From positions 34,742 through 98,741 of the IMG/VR virus record IMGVR_UViG_3300032268_001383: a stretch of 64,000 bases of DNA. One strand, written 5' to 3'. The notes under the pieces were generated by a model that ran no database searches, was not told the DNA's origin, and was given only the letters and a program-made list of their open reading frames with translations. The translations under genes were made by a program, and so were the position numbers. Positions 10,485 to 21,191 of the stretch are shown here, one piece after another; position 1 is the stretch's first letter; every line of letters begins with the position of its first letter. Source of the stretch: a virus.

Positions 10485-10662
10485 TGATTCCAAGGGTGGA
10501 ATTGAAAAGGCTCTTAAAAATTACAAAAGAAAATTTAACAATCTTAAAGTTGGCAAAGAATGTCGTCAAAGACAGGCATTTGAAAAACCTTCCGAAAAGA
10601 GAAGAGCTGAAATTTTGAAAGCTATTTATATTGAAGAAAAAAGAAACGAAGAAAGAGATTAG
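10465..10662 (+). CDS. rpsU: phage-encoded 30S ribosomal protein bS21
   Basis: IEKALKNYKRKF...RQAFEKPSEKRR...KAIY matches the bS21 pattern (ALxxxKRK, FxKPS); 65 aa. Confidence 0.9.
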   Translation: MIIIEVNDSKGGIEKALKNYKRKFNNLKVGKECRQRQAFEKPSEKRRAEILKAIYIEEKRNEERD

Positions 10663-10666
10663 TCAA

Positions 10667-11386
10667 ATGGATTTCAATAAAGATTATTATAGTATTTTGG
10701 GGGTATCTAAAGAGAGTGATGCAAACCAAATAAAAAAAATTTTTTATAAACTTTCTTTCACTCACCACCCAGACAAAGGTGGTGATGCTGTAATATTCAA
10801 TCAGATTACAGAGGCTTATAATATTCTAACATCCGAAGAAAGAGGTACATATGACAAGAGAAGTAAATGGGGTGCAAATTATGATGAATCACTCGAATTA
10901 CTTGATTATGAATTCAATAATAGTGCAAAGGGTTGGAATGAATCAAAATTTGAAGAATGGAAAAAAGACAATCAACTCAATATTATTGTATATGTTGATG
11001 ATAATTTTCGAGGTGATGTTGAATATGAAAGATGGGTTGCTTGTAAATCTTGTGGTGGTGAAGGCAGAGATACTAAATCAAAGATCCAGATTAGGGATGA
11101 ATTTGGGAACCTATTAAAAGTATTTGATGGTGAAGATGGGTGTGATTTCTGTGAGGGAAGTGGAAAATCATGGAATGGTCAAGATTGTTACTTCTGTGGC
11201 GGCAAGGGAATGGTTGGACTAGTCGAATGTGGAACTTGTAAAGGGGAAAAAAGAGTTTTGGGTAAACAAAAACTCACCGGAATAAAATTTAGTACTGATG
11301 AAAGTAGCCACAAAGTAGAAGCGATGGGACATGCTTCTAAATGGGAAAGGGGAAGATTTGGTCATCTTTGGATAGTAAAAAAATGA
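10667..11386 (+). CDS. dnaJ: DnaJ-like co-chaperone (J-domain plus zinc finger)
   Basis: DYYSILGV...HHPDKGG J-domain and four CxxCxGxx motifs; start most likely ATG 10667, just after the bS21 stop. Confidence 0.88.
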   Translation: MDFNKDYYSILGVSKESDANQIKKIFYKLSFTHHPDKGGDAVIFNQITEAYNILTSEERGTYDKRSKWGANYDESLELLDYEFNNSAKGWNESKFEEWKKDNQLNIIVYVDDNFRGDVEYERWVACKSCGGEGRDTKSKIQIRDEFGNLLKVFDGEDGCDFCEGSGKSWNGQDCYFCGGKGMVGLVECGTCKGEKRVLGKQKLTGIKFSTDESSHKVEAMGHASKWERGRFGHLWIVKK

Positions 11387-14300
11387 TTAGTTAGCAGATG
11401 TCACCACATTACTGTTTCCCGGTGGTATATTAATTGTTCCACTAACGCCACCTACTGAGATAACCGTGTAACTGGTTTGATTATTTACCGTCTCTGAATC
11501 AATTGTAAGATTAACATTACCGATGAAGTCAAAGTTTGCATCTGAGTAGTCTATAAAAGGTGCCTGAGCTGACCAAGGTGTTTGAATTCTTGCATCAATA
11601 AGGAAATCTCTTCCATAAATTGTTTCAACCTTTTTATCTTGATAATAATTAAAAAATGGTACCATATCAACTTCATAAAAAGAGATATTATTAAAAAGTA
11701 TATCAATTGAATTGTTAATCACCGGTTGCGGGAAGTTAACTGGCAATGGTGGTGTTCCGGTTTCTGTTAAACTCGAAAATACTTCTATATTCAAATCCAA
11801 ATTTTTCTTATTAAAGAAGAATTGTCTTTGTGTTAGAGATGGATTTGCCAATTCACTATAAAATAACTCATAATTGTTGAAATTTGGTACAAGATTAAAA
11901 TTAGCGCCCCTACCATGAGTATAGACAGGTGTGGTCGGTGTAGACCAAGTGCCAGGTTTTATATCAAGTCTATGCAAATTAACCTCAGTTAAATAATATC
12001 TATTTCTAATAGTCTCAATATTATCATTATTTAAGACTACTCTTGCGAATCTAAAGTGAATTTTAGTATTTGGTGTCCATATTTGTATTATAGCCGATCC
12101 AAAAGCCGTTGAGGTTTTAAGTCTGAGTCTATTTGCAGTTAGTGAGTCACCACTTGTATTAGAATTTATATTGGAATCTATCTGTACTGGATTCAGTGTA
12201 GAAATATTGAGTAATTGTCCAACTGCAACAGAAGAAGTAATTGAGAATGTTGACGAAAAATCATTTACGTACCAACCATTATTATTGAAATTTGTTAGAT
12301 CGAGTCCATATCCAATATTGTTGCTGAATGGTTCTGTAAAATTACCCCCATTAGGTATGAAATTTTGATATATTTTGAATTTTGTACCTAATTTATAAGT
12401 GAAGTTTCTGTTGTTGTAATCCCTAAATATTGAAGAACTCTCTAAAATATCATCTGTAGTACCACCTTGTAATAATATAGGATCATCCCCAGAATAAATC
12501 CCGTCATATGATTGTAATATAGTATCTTCAGTCACAGAATATGTAAATATACTGGTGGCTATAGTAGGTGGATAATTATTCAATTTAAATAAGACGGATT
12601 CTTCATTTATAGTGGTTTTAGTTTTTTCAACATAATTTACATCTATCCAAGATTGCCACTTGGGTAATCCGGATGTTGCGTCAACACTATTGTTGTCTAT
12701 AAAAGTAAAATTCTGAACCAATCCAGTGTTATAACTACTGACTAGTGGAATCTGTGATTTTCTTGATATAAATCTACCACCATCGAATTTACCATCAATC
12801 CAATGCGTATTACCTATTGTTCCGATTCGTGGATAGCTTTTGAATAAGCCGTTATTCCATACTCCTCTGAATGAACCATTTAAGAAAGCACCTGATAACC
12901 AAATGTTTTTAGTAAGGTATATAAGGTGATTCTCAGAGTCTCTTTCAACACGCATCACTGGAAAGTTTGTTACCAACTCAACAACTACTGTATTGAATGT
13001 CAAATCTATTTCGGATATTGTGAAATAATCTTTGATTAATTTTCTATTCTCATTAATATCGATAGCAACTAAATTACCAATCGAAATTTTATCACCTACA
13101 TTCAATCCTTGAAGTGTATCAATTGATTGAAGTGTTACTAACCAACTAATTGGACTTATTTGATATGTGCCTTTTCCAGCATAAGGTGTTACACCATTCA
13201 ATCCAACTACATTGGAAAATTTATAATAATCTTCTTCCCCTAACATTGAATTACTTCTAAAACCGTTATTCCAAATTCCATTTTCCCAGATACCAGATTT
13301 GAATATGCCGTTTCCAATGTTAATACTAACCAAATTACCGTCTTTTGAAGCAGCCAAAACTGTTAAGTTTGGATCATTTGGTAGCACAACTCTATCATTA
13401 ACAAAAATTATCGAGTTTGATATTATTGCGTTATTATAAAGTGGATGGTATTCAAATACTCTTTCAACAATACTTAGATAAAGAACTCTAAGTTTCCCAC
13501 CTCTTCCCTTTTTGATATAAAATCTGGTATCGTCTGGTGTTATAATTGGATTTCCTGTAGTATAAATAAAAGTTATATCATGTTGGAAAGGGAAATAGAA
13601 TATATTATTACCCACCTGTTGTGAAATACTTGGGAGCGTTAATTTTATTTCATCCTTATTGCCTATCTTTACAAATACATCTACCTTCTCTTTACCTTCA
13701 ACAGTTAACTGCAAACTCAAAATATAAGTTTTATCAGGTTGTGAAAATACTTCTAAGTTAGGAGTCAATCCATTTATACAAGCAAAAAGTCTATTGCTTT
13801 CAGGTTCTTCCCTGTTTGGTTGTGGTGTAACGGTTTGTGTGTATACATGGCCGTTTGTAATAATCTGACCACCACTCAATGAAAAAGTAGTACCGTGAAC
13901 CCATCTTGCACTATTATATATCACGGGGTTAATAGAACCCGAGGTGTTTAAACCAAGTGGATTAGATATTGAGTTATTATTATTTAGTGTCTCTTCGTAG
14001 AAATATTGTTCGTTATTCCCAGAGTAAACACTGCTAGTCGAAAAGTTCAAACTATTTATATTCGGATCAGTTAAAATGACATAAGCTACTGAAGCTGAAA
14101 AGGCATTATTTACATATATTTTGTTATTGTTTCCTAAATTTATAGCAACATTCAAAATTATATCTCTACTTCTACCAGGTTTCAATTCAAGTGGAGTGAG
14201 TGTTGTATCAATATCAGAATATCCAAATGGTGCACCATTCCAATTTCCGTTTCTCCACAAACCATCTAACCATATAATATTGTCTGCAAATCCGTAATTC

Positions 14301-17300
14301 CAAACTCCTTCTCTCCATAGTGCACCAGACATATAACCCCTATTGAATGTTCCAGACTTCCATTCTGAAATATAAAATGAGGCAGTACCAAGTGTGGAAT
14401 CAAAGTTCCCACCATGCCATACACAAGATTGTGTAGTTGCAAAAGATGAGGAGTTTGTACCACTGAAGCTTCTATCAACATAAGCATTGAAAATCGACGA
14501 ATCGAATGTACCATTATAGAAATTACCACTTAGCCATACCGAATTTTCGAATATTGCGTTTTTGTGACTAAATGTACCTGACATCCAGAGCACATTCGAG
14601 AATTTTACTGAATTATCAATACTAACCTCTTCTACTTTTCTAACAGGTTCAGTTATTACTCTTTCTTCTGTCTTAATATTTTTTGGATTATCTGAAACAT
14701 CACCACTTATCCACAAACCAAAATAGTCATTTCTAAATGAATCGGCAAAATTGTATTCTCCCATATTGGAAACGTTGGAATTATAGATTGAACTTCCACT
14801 GCCACTTCCAAAAAATTCACCCTTTGTGAATAGACCACTATACCACATTCTACCTTGGAAATTACCACCCTTGAATTCACCAGTATACCAAACCGAATTC
14901 GTTAATGTTGAACCATTACCAAACTCTCCACCTAAAAATTTCCCATCTTCCCAACCATAATGTATAGAATAGGTTGATGAGTTAGTAGGAGATGAATATG
15001 TCATACCATAATAAGAATGAAATTTCCCTTTGGTAAATTTACCATTTTTCCAACGAGCCAAACCAGTAAATTTACCATTATTAAAATCACCTGAATACCA
15101 AATAGATTCATTTGTTGTGTTAGATCCAAAACTCGTGAATTCACCGTTATTAAATTTCCCACCATACCAATAAACTGATGAGGAACCACCAATAATAGCG
15201 TTTTCAACAATTCCATCGTTCCAAATTGTTTGTGTTCCACTTATAGTCAGTGGACTGTAGTATGACATTTTTGTGTCTAAATATCTCAAATTTGAGCTAC
15301 CTAGGATACCATTGTTCCAAATACCTGAATACCAATCCGAATTATAGAATCTACCATTACTGAAAGTTCCATTGGCCCAAACTGAATTATAGAATTCACC
15401 ACCGTCAAAATTTCCAAGTAACCAATTTCTATATAATTGTGTTGTATTATCATAATCTTGTCTAGTTGGGTTAACATCCTTACTGTTTATGAAACTTCCA
15501 TTCAGGAATCTACCACTCTGCCAATATCCTGAATTGAATATTCCATTTTTGAAGGTAGCTCCATTCCAAATTGAATTCAAAATTATACCAGAATTCCAAA
15601 TATCATTGACAAAGTGTGATTTGAAAATATATCCGGAATTTATCTGATTTAGTGTATTCTTGAAAATAATATTTATTAATCTGAGTCTTTCAACATTAAT
15701 CGGATCGATATTTTTATCTAAATTATTAAAATTGGTGTTCTTTATAACGTTATTTTTCAAAGAAGTATTAACAAAAAGACCTGAATTAATTGTTGAATTT
15801 TCAATTCTAAACTTATGTATTGATGAATAATTATTATTATCAGCACCTGTAGTCCTAAAAATATCAAAGATTGAATTAGAGAAAGTCAGACCATCGATAC
15901 TCGATAGTGTAATTTCTTTTATGTTCGATATTACATTAATAGAATTAACTCTGTATTTACCATCTATTGACTTGATAGTTGTACCGATTATCTGTTCTAT
16001 TGAATTTATCCAAACAATATCTCCAACAAATAAATCTTCACCTGGTATATTGATATCTCTATTCATTGGATTTAATGGAAGACTTACATTAATTGTATCT
16101 GGTGTGAATGATTCAATTGAGAGTATGTTTGATGGTGATAATCTGATTCTATGATGTCGATAATTGATATTATTACCACTAATCCAGTTTGAGTTTACTA
16201 AATACCCATTCTTATAATCGAGATTACTCAAGGAAGATTTAGAAAATAGTAAATCAATTTGATTCGGTAGGATCGGACTAAGGCAATATTCTATACCAGT
16301 ATTGTAAGGTGGTGTATTTACAAGTGTTATGGTGTTTTCCCAAAATGCTAGTGCAGAAGTATCAATATCAATTGAAGAGTAATCACTATTTTGAAGAGAA
16401 AAATTAGTCTGATATCCAGATAAAGTTTGCCTCACAATTGACTTAACCTTGTTGTCATTCTTGTTTTTAACACTAACAATTATTTTTCTTCTACTCAAAT
16501 CACTATTTGAATAAATATCAAAAATAAACTTGTTTTCAATAGGAAGTTTTATTCTCTGATCATTCGATAAACTAGTTAAAAATAAATTTTTATTTAATTT
16601 TGTTAGATAAAAAGCATCCCCACTTTGGATTTTCTGAGAGTCTGCATCTGAAATGTATAATTTTAGTATACCTCTAACAGATAAGGTAGTCAAATCAGTG
16701 TTATATGACCATAGATCAGCCCCTATCACATTAATACCTTCTTCGTCATTTACTTGGGATTTTTCACCAACAGAATAAACTACTTGAGAATTAACTATAT
16801 TTGAATTCACAATGTGTGAGTTGTTGACATAACTCGTGTTTAGAGTTGCTCTTTCAGTTTCTACTGCATCTATATCACATTTTTTAAATAATCCAGAAAT
16901 TTTTAAATCATAACTAAAAGTTTGTCCTAAATAAACGTCTAAGGCTGAAACTGTCGATCCTATGCCTAAATTACAATTCTCGAAATTTCCATTTTTTATA
17001 TCACCTCTTATAATACTTGAATCTTCTACTAAATTGAATCCAAATCCTCTATTATTTGAAAAGTCAATAGTTTGAATAGGTGAATTAGTGGACGTTTTAT
17101 CTAATGTAGAAAAGAAGAATTTCTCACCTGCTGCAGATTTAGATTCCATGGTGCCAGAATTCCAATTGGAGTTCATAAAAATACCCGAATTCCAAGTTGC
17201 GTTGTTCCAATTATTCTTTCTTTCAAAGCTACCAAAAACACCATCCTTATGATTTCCACCAAAGTTACCATATCTAAAATTTAATCTTGAAATGAATGGT

Positions 17301-18151
17301 TTTTTATATCTAATATCTAAGTTCCAAATACCATCAAGATGTGTATAGGTATTTCTCTGTTTGAATTCTATAGACCCAATTATAAAGTTTTCACCATTTA
17401 TGTAGAGTTTGCTTTCAACTGTTGCATAATTTTGATTAACCAATCTTAATTTATTATCTAGTACCAATTGAGTTATGTTTACCCAAGTAGGTGTACTTGA
17501 CGAGTCGTCTCTTAAATAAAAACCAGAACTGCTTACACCGCTATTCAGATTGAGTGGGTCTGATGATGCCAAAAACTGTCTTGAGCAATAAATTATACTA
17601 TCAGAAAAAAGTACAGCTGTTGTTGTGAGTGTAGAACCTAAATTATATAACTTACCAGAAAATTTTGAAATAGTACCAAGAGTAGCAAATGGAGTTATAG
17701 ATGTGTTAAGATTGTTAAAAGTTATTCCAAGATGATTAATTTTAATGCTATTAATATAATCAAATTCTCTTTGTGTTTCAACATGATTAACTTTAATAGA
17801 ATTAGTGACATCATCTCCGAAATATGGAAGTTCACCTGTAAATTCTAAATCCAAAATTAATCTACATCCATCACAAGCTAAAACTCTATACCCATCCGTA
17901 AACTTACTGTATTTATCTCGTGATATAAATAAATCAGAATCATAATTTCCATTTACGATAAAGATTCTATCACCAACATTAAAGTTTGTACTAGATTCAG
18001 TATAAAAAACTGTTTTTTTAGAACCAGAGATTTCAATAGATTCTACATAATTCAAGAGTATAGAACTATAGAATTTATTAGAAACTGTCGTTTTCTGAAA
18101 TGTTATATTTTCCTCAAGTGGATTTAAGCTTGTTACAACTGGAATTGCCAT
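11387..18151 (-). CDS. giant virion structural protein with W-x-x-G-x-F pentapeptide repeat tracts
   Basis: 2254 aa; long WNSG/WQSGRF/WYSGDF tracts; TTAATATATA 24 nt upstream. Confidence 0.7.
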   Translation of the reverse strand: MAIPVVTSLNPLEENITFQKTTVSNKFYSSILLNYVESIEISGSKKTVFYTESSTNFNVGDRIFIVNGNYDSDLFISRDKYSKFTDGYRVLACDGCRLILDLEFTGELPYFGDDVTNSIKVNHVETQREFDYINSIKINHLGITFNNLNTSITPFATLGTISKFSGKLYNLGSTLTTTAVLFSDSIIYCSRQFLASSDPLNLNSGVSSSGFYLRDDSSSTPTWVNITQLVLDNKLRLVNQNYATVESKLYINGENFIIGSIEFKQRNTYTHLDGIWNLDIRYKKPFISRLNFRYGNFGGNHKDGVFGSFERKNNWNNATWNSGIFMNSNWNSGTMESKSAAGEKFFFSTLDKTSTNSPIQTIDFSNNRGFGFNLVEDSSIIRGDIKNGNFENCNLGIGSTVSALDVYLGQTFSYDLKISGLFKKCDIDAVETERATLNTSYVNNSHIVNSNIVNSQVVYSVGEKSQVNDEEGINVIGADLWSYNTDLTTLSVRGILKLYISDADSQKIQSGDAFYLTKLNKNLFLTSLSNDQRIKLPIENKFIFDIYSNSDLSRRKIIVSVKNKNDNKVKSIVRQTLSGYQTNFSLQNSDYSSIDIDTSALAFWENTITLVNTPPYNTGIEYCLSPILPNQIDLLFSKSSLSNLDYKNGYLVNSNWISGNNINYRHHRIRLSPSNILSIESFTPDTINVSLPLNPMNRDINIPGEDLFVGDIVWINSIEQIIGTTIKSIDGKYRVNSINVISNIKEITLSSIDGLTFSNSIFDIFRTTGADNNNYSSIHKFRIENSTINSGLFVNTSLKNNVIKNTNFNNLDKNIDPINVERLRLINIIFKNTLNQINSGYIFKSHFVNDIWNSGIILNSIWNGATFKNGIFNSGYWQSGRFLNGSFINSKDVNPTRQDYDNTTQLYRNWLLGNFDGGEFYNSVWANGTFSNGRFYNSDWYSGIWNNGILGSSNLRYLDTKMSYYSPLTISGTQTIWNDGIVENAIIGGSSSVYWYGGKFNNGEFTSFGSNTTNESIWYSGDFNNGKFTGLARWKNGKFTKGKFHSYYGMTYSSPTNSSTYSIHYGWEDGKFLGGEFGNGSTLTNSVWYTGEFKGGNFQGRMWYSGLFTKGEFFGSGSGSSIYNSNVSNMGEYNFADSFRNDYFGLWISGDVSDNPKNIKTEERVITEPVRKVEEVSIDNSVKFSNVLWMSGTFSHKNAIFENSVWLSGNFYNGTFDSSIFNAYVDRSFSGTNSSSFATTQSCVWHGGNFDSTLGTASFYISEWKSGTFNRGYMSGALWREGVWNYGFADNIIWLDGLWRNGNWNGAPFGYSDIDTTLTPLELKPGRSRDIILNVAINLGNNNKIYVNNAFSASVAYVILTDPNINSLNFSTSSVYSGNNEQYFYEETLNNNNSISNPLGLNTSGSINPVIYNSARWVHGTTFSLSGGQIITNGHVYTQTVTPQPNREEPESNRLFACINGLTPNLEVFSQPDKTYILSLQLTVEGKEKVDVFVKIGNKDEIKLTLPSISQQVGNNIFYFPFQHDITFIYTTGNPIITPDDTRFYIKKGRGGKLRVLYLSIVERVFEYHPLYNNAIISNSIIFVNDRVVLPNDPNLTVLAASKDGNLVSINIGNGIFKSGIWENGIWNNGFRSNSMLGEEDYYKFSNVVGLNGVTPYAGKGTYQISPISWLVTLQSIDTLQGLNVGDKISIGNLVAIDINENRKLIKDYFTISEIDLTFNTVVVELVTNFPVMRVERDSENHLIYLTKNIWLSGAFLNGSFRGVWNNGLFKSYPRIGTIGNTHWIDGKFDGGRFISRKSQIPLVSSYNTGLVQNFTFIDNNSVDATSGLPKWQSWIDVNYVEKTKTTINEESVLFKLNNYPPTIATSIFTYSVTEDTILQSYDGIYSGDDPILLQGGTTDDILESSSIFRDYNNRNFTYKLGTKFKIYQNFIPNGGNFTEPFSNNIGYGLDLTNFNNNGWYVNDFSSTFSITSSVAVGQLLNISTLNPVQIDSNINSNTSGDSLTANRLRLKTSTAFGSAIIQIWTPNTKIHFRFARVVLNNDNIETIRNRYYLTEVNLHRLDIKPGTWSTPTTPVYTHGRGANFNLVPNFNNYELFYSELANPSLTQRQFFFNKKNLDLNIEVFSSLTETGTPPLPVNFPQPVINNSIDILFNNISFYEVDMVPFFNYYQDKKVETIYGRDFLIDARIQTPWSAQAPFIDYSDANFDFIGNVNLTIDSETVNNQTSYTVISVGGVSGTINIPPGNSNVVTSAN

Positions 18152-18227
18152 CTAAAACTAATTCAATATTTTAAATATATATTAAATTGCTAAATGGATC
18201 TATTGAAATGAATTAATAAAATTTAAT

Positions 18228-18953
18228 ATGTTTATACCCTACTTAGGATCGAAATTTAAATTTGCTGATTTTATAATATCGAATTTTCCAAAAAATTTTG
18301 GAACTTACGTTGAACCATTTGGTGGTGCATTTTCTATTTTTTTCGAATTGGAGTATAATATTAACACAAAATATATTTATAATGATGTAAATATTTATAA
18401 TTACCTTCTTTTAAAATTCTTAAATGATGTACAATTTCTAAATTCTCTAAAAAAATTAGAGGTTAATAGAGATGTTTTTAAAGTGATTCAAAGAGATTTC
18501 AAGAATAATAATTGGTCGGATTTTGATAAAGCTACCAACTGGTTAATTCTGCTTCTTTGTACTCAAACTCAATTCGATATATTGTCATCTGATTATAAAG
18601 GAAACTTCAATTTCGAAGCTTTCAAACTTAAACTACCCCATTATCAAGAAAAAATGAAAAAAATAAGTAGTTACCACAATATAGATTACTTGGAAATAAT
18701 AGATGTATATGATAGTCCTGATACATTCTTTTATTTAGATCCGCCTTACAAAAATTTAGAATCCTATTATCTAAATCATAATTTCGGTGAAAATTCTCAT
18801 TACGAATTATCACAAAAATTAAATAGTATTCAAGGTAAATTTGTTCTAAGCTATTATTATTTTCCGGAAATGGAAGAATGGTATAAAGACTGTAGAATGA
18901 TTAAGAAAAGAACTTTGATGGGCACAGAATATCTAATAATGAACTATCAGTAA
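18228..18953 (+). CDS. Dam-like (D12 class) DNA adenine methyltransferase, orphan
   Basis: PYLGSK, YVEPFGGA SAM-binding motif, YNDVN, FYLDPPY. Confidence 0.9.
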   Translation: MFIPYLGSKFKFADFIISNFPKNFGTYVEPFGGAFSIFFELEYNINTKYIYNDVNIYNYLLLKFLNDVQFLNSLKKLEVNRDVFKVIQRDFKNNNWSDFDKATNWLILLLCTQTQFDILSSDYKGNFNFEAFKLKLPHYQEKMKKISSYHNIDYLEIIDVYDSPDTFFYLDPPYKNLESYYLNHNFGENSHYELSQKLNSIQGKFVLSYYYFPEMEEWYKDCRMIKKRTLMGTEYLIMNYQ

Positions 18954-19004
18954 TTATAAATAATTACCTCACTACTTTCTTTCGTATTTTCATAAATTTA
19001 TTTC

Positions 19005-19289
19005 TTAATATTGATTTCCTTTTATGAGTATAACTTTTTCACTTTTTGACCAACCAGCTGTGTCTGATAAACTATCTCCTCTTCCAGTACATCTACCAAC
19101 AGTGGTCTCAACTATTTCCAAAATTTCAGATGGTTCCTCTGCAACATTTACAGCAACTTTTGTGTTTTCGTCGAATTTTTTCAAATAGTTAATCAATTGT
19201 CCAACAGTTGATAGAGGATTATCAAAGTACCCATCTAAATCCCATTCTTCCATTTCATTAAATTTTTTTAAGTTTGTCATTTTTTTCAT
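19005..19289 (-). CDS. hypothetical protein with capsid-targeting-like leader
   Basis: N-terminus MKKMTNLKKFNE. Confidence 0.65.
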   Translation of the reverse strand: MKKMTNLKKFNEMEEWDLDGYFDNPLSTVGQLINYLKKFDENTKVAVNVAEEPSEILEIVETTVGRCTGRGDSLSDTAGWSKSEKVILIKGNQY

Positions 19290-19344
19290 ACTATTTTTTT
19301 ATTTATATATATAAATATTTTCATATCAAAAATTATTTATAAGT

Positions 19345-19983
19345 TTATTCTTCATCATCATATTCCTCTTCACCATCATCATCATCATCATATTCTTTCT
19401 GAATTTTGATTTCCTTTACATCATTAGTTATTTCTTTTACTAATCTTTCTAATGTTTTTTTGCCTTTAATTGCAACATTCCAATGTTTATCAATTAAATC
19501 ATATATTATTTCTAATATATCTTCTTTAGTTGAATCATTTTTTAATTTAAAATACTTATTTATATAAGTACTCCTAACTTCATCAATTGAGATAAGAGAA
19601 AATATCATTACACTTTTTAGATAATCAGTATAAGTGATATTTATTTCTAATCCCATAACCAAATTTAAATACTTATCTAAAGTACATAATTTGATGGTTT
19701 TGTGTATTTCATCTGGTTCAAAATACTTTGAAGCACTAAGTCCAAATTGATCTACTCCATTATATTTTTGTATAAATTCATCAAGTGTTTTACAATCTTT
19801 GTTGATAGTGAATCTATCGATTATAGCCTTAGAAACCTCTTCGATATACTCTGGTGAAGATTTAAGAAGAAGTAAAGCCATCTTAATATCTGATGTATTA
19901 TTAGTTAATATCATATCACAGATATTATTTGCTTGATTTGAGAAACTCTCATTAAACTTTTTAAATTTTAGTATTCTTTTCAT
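19345..19983 (-). CDS. hypothetical protein with capsid-targeting-like leader and acidic tail
   Basis: MKRILKFKKFNES...DDDDDGEEEYDDEE. Confidence 0.7.
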   Translation of the reverse strand: MKRILKFKKFNESFSNQANNICDMILTNNTSDIKMALLLLKSSPEYIEEVSKAIIDRFTINKDCKTLDEFIQKYNGVDQFGLSASKYFEPDEIHKTIKLCTLDKYLNLVMGLEINITYTDYLKSVMIFSLISIDEVRSTYINKYFKLKNDSTKEDILEIIYDLIDKHWNVAIKGKKTLERLVKEITNDVKEIKIQKEYDDDDDGEEEYDDEE

Positions 19984-19986
19984 TTT

Positions 19987-20373
19987 TTAATTTAGTATTT
20001 CTTTTTTTAGAAACTCTAATAGTCCCATAAATTCATCACATTTGTATGTAGATTCATGATAGTCACCATCATCATATGGTTCATATGAGTATAGAAAAAC
20101 ATAGTACCACTCATCATGATCTTTAAAAAAACGTAAATCAATATATAGATCACCTATATCCAAATAAAATTCTTCTTCTTCAAATTCAGTAGTTGGAGAT
20201 TTTCGGACTGAAACATCTTCAAATTTTTCTTGAATCATATCATTTATAATATCAATTTCCTCTTGGATGATGGGAACTATACCTTCTATTTTAGAACCAT
20301 ACACTTCATCAGACACAACTTGATAAAGTTCCGAATTATCCTCAAATAAATTATAATTTTTTATATATCTCAT
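19987..20373 (-). CDS. hypothetical protein with capsid-targeting-like leader
   Basis: MRYIKNYNLFE; C-terminal DEWYYV...YKCDEFMGL domain shared with 20401-21165. Confidence 0.7.
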   Translation of the reverse strand: MRYIKNYNLFEDNSELYQVVSDEVYGSKIEGIVPIIQEEIDIINDMIQEKFEDVSVRKSPTTEFEEEEFYLDIGDLYIDLRFFKDHDEWYYVFLYSYEPYDDGDYHESTYKCDEFMGLLEFLKKEILN

Positions 20374-20400
20374 TTATTATTTATATTCTTTTTTTAACTT

Positions 20401-21165
20401 TTACCAAAGTGTCATGTAGTATTCGGCTACCCAATTATGTATTCCATCGATAAGGCATTGCTCTAAACCAACAAAGTCAAAACATTTATAATAATATTCA
20501 CTATGGTTAACATTCATAATAGCAAAATACCTATCATCATCATCCCTACAAAACGAAAATTCAGAGTCCGACATTTGATTAAATATTAATTTTACAACCT
20601 CCCCAACTTTTGCTACCTTTATATCTAATAGTTGTTCAGGTATATCTAAATATTTCTTTTTACTCAATTCTTTTTTGAAAAAATTTAAAACATTTTCAAT
20701 TTCATTTTGACGAATTGTCTCAAGTTCAGGGTCATATTTTTTTTCATCACTTTCATCTACCGAACATTCTATTCCATCTTCTGAAAAAGTGATATTTTGT
20801 ATTTCTTTCCAAAATTCTCTATCTTGTTCTACTGTTATAGTTTTGGAATCTGTACCAAAATCATTTTTGCAAGTAAGAGTAATTTCATTAGTGCCCTGCT
20901 TTAGTTTAAGATAATTTGCAACGAAATTCGAATTCTTATCAAATCTGAAATCCATCAATCCTCCAGGTTCAAATCTAAAGTTAGTAAATTCAACACCATT
21001 AACTTCTAAAGTTATGTTACTTGCATCATCAATGTTTGAAATCTTAGCCTGTATGGTAATATTATGATGTTGGGTGAAAATTTCATCTGAGTTAGGGACA
21101 ATAATTGATATTATTGGTAACTGTCCTGAATTTTCAAAAAGTTTAAAAGTTTTTAAATGTTTCAT
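20401..21165 (-). CDS. protein with capsid-targeting-like leader, Ig-like domain and YKC-x-x-F-x-GL domain
   Basis: MKHLKTFKLFE; PIISIIVP...ITLEVNG...LKQGTNEITLTCKNDFGTDSKTITV resembles a bacterial Ig-like fold. Confidence 0.65.
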   Translation of the reverse strand: MKHLKTFKLFENSGQLPIISIIVPNSDEIFTQHHNITIQAKISNIDDASNITLEVNGVEFTNFRFEPGGLMDFRFDKNSNFVANYLKLKQGTNEITLTCKNDFGTDSKTITVEQDREFWKEIQNITFSEDGIECSVDESDEKKYDPELETIRQNEIENVLNFFKKELSKKKYLDIPEQLLDIKVAKVGEVVKLIFNQMSDSEFSFCRDDDDRYFAIMNVNHSEYYYKCFDFVGLEQCLIDGIHNWVAEYYMTLW

Positions 21166-21191
21166 TTTGTATTACTTAAATTCTGTTTTAT
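21144..21191. repeat. 48-bp direct repeat, copy 1
   Basis: taaaagtttttaaatgtttcattttgtattacttaaattctgttttat; 45/48 identical to 22084-22131. Confidence 0.9.
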
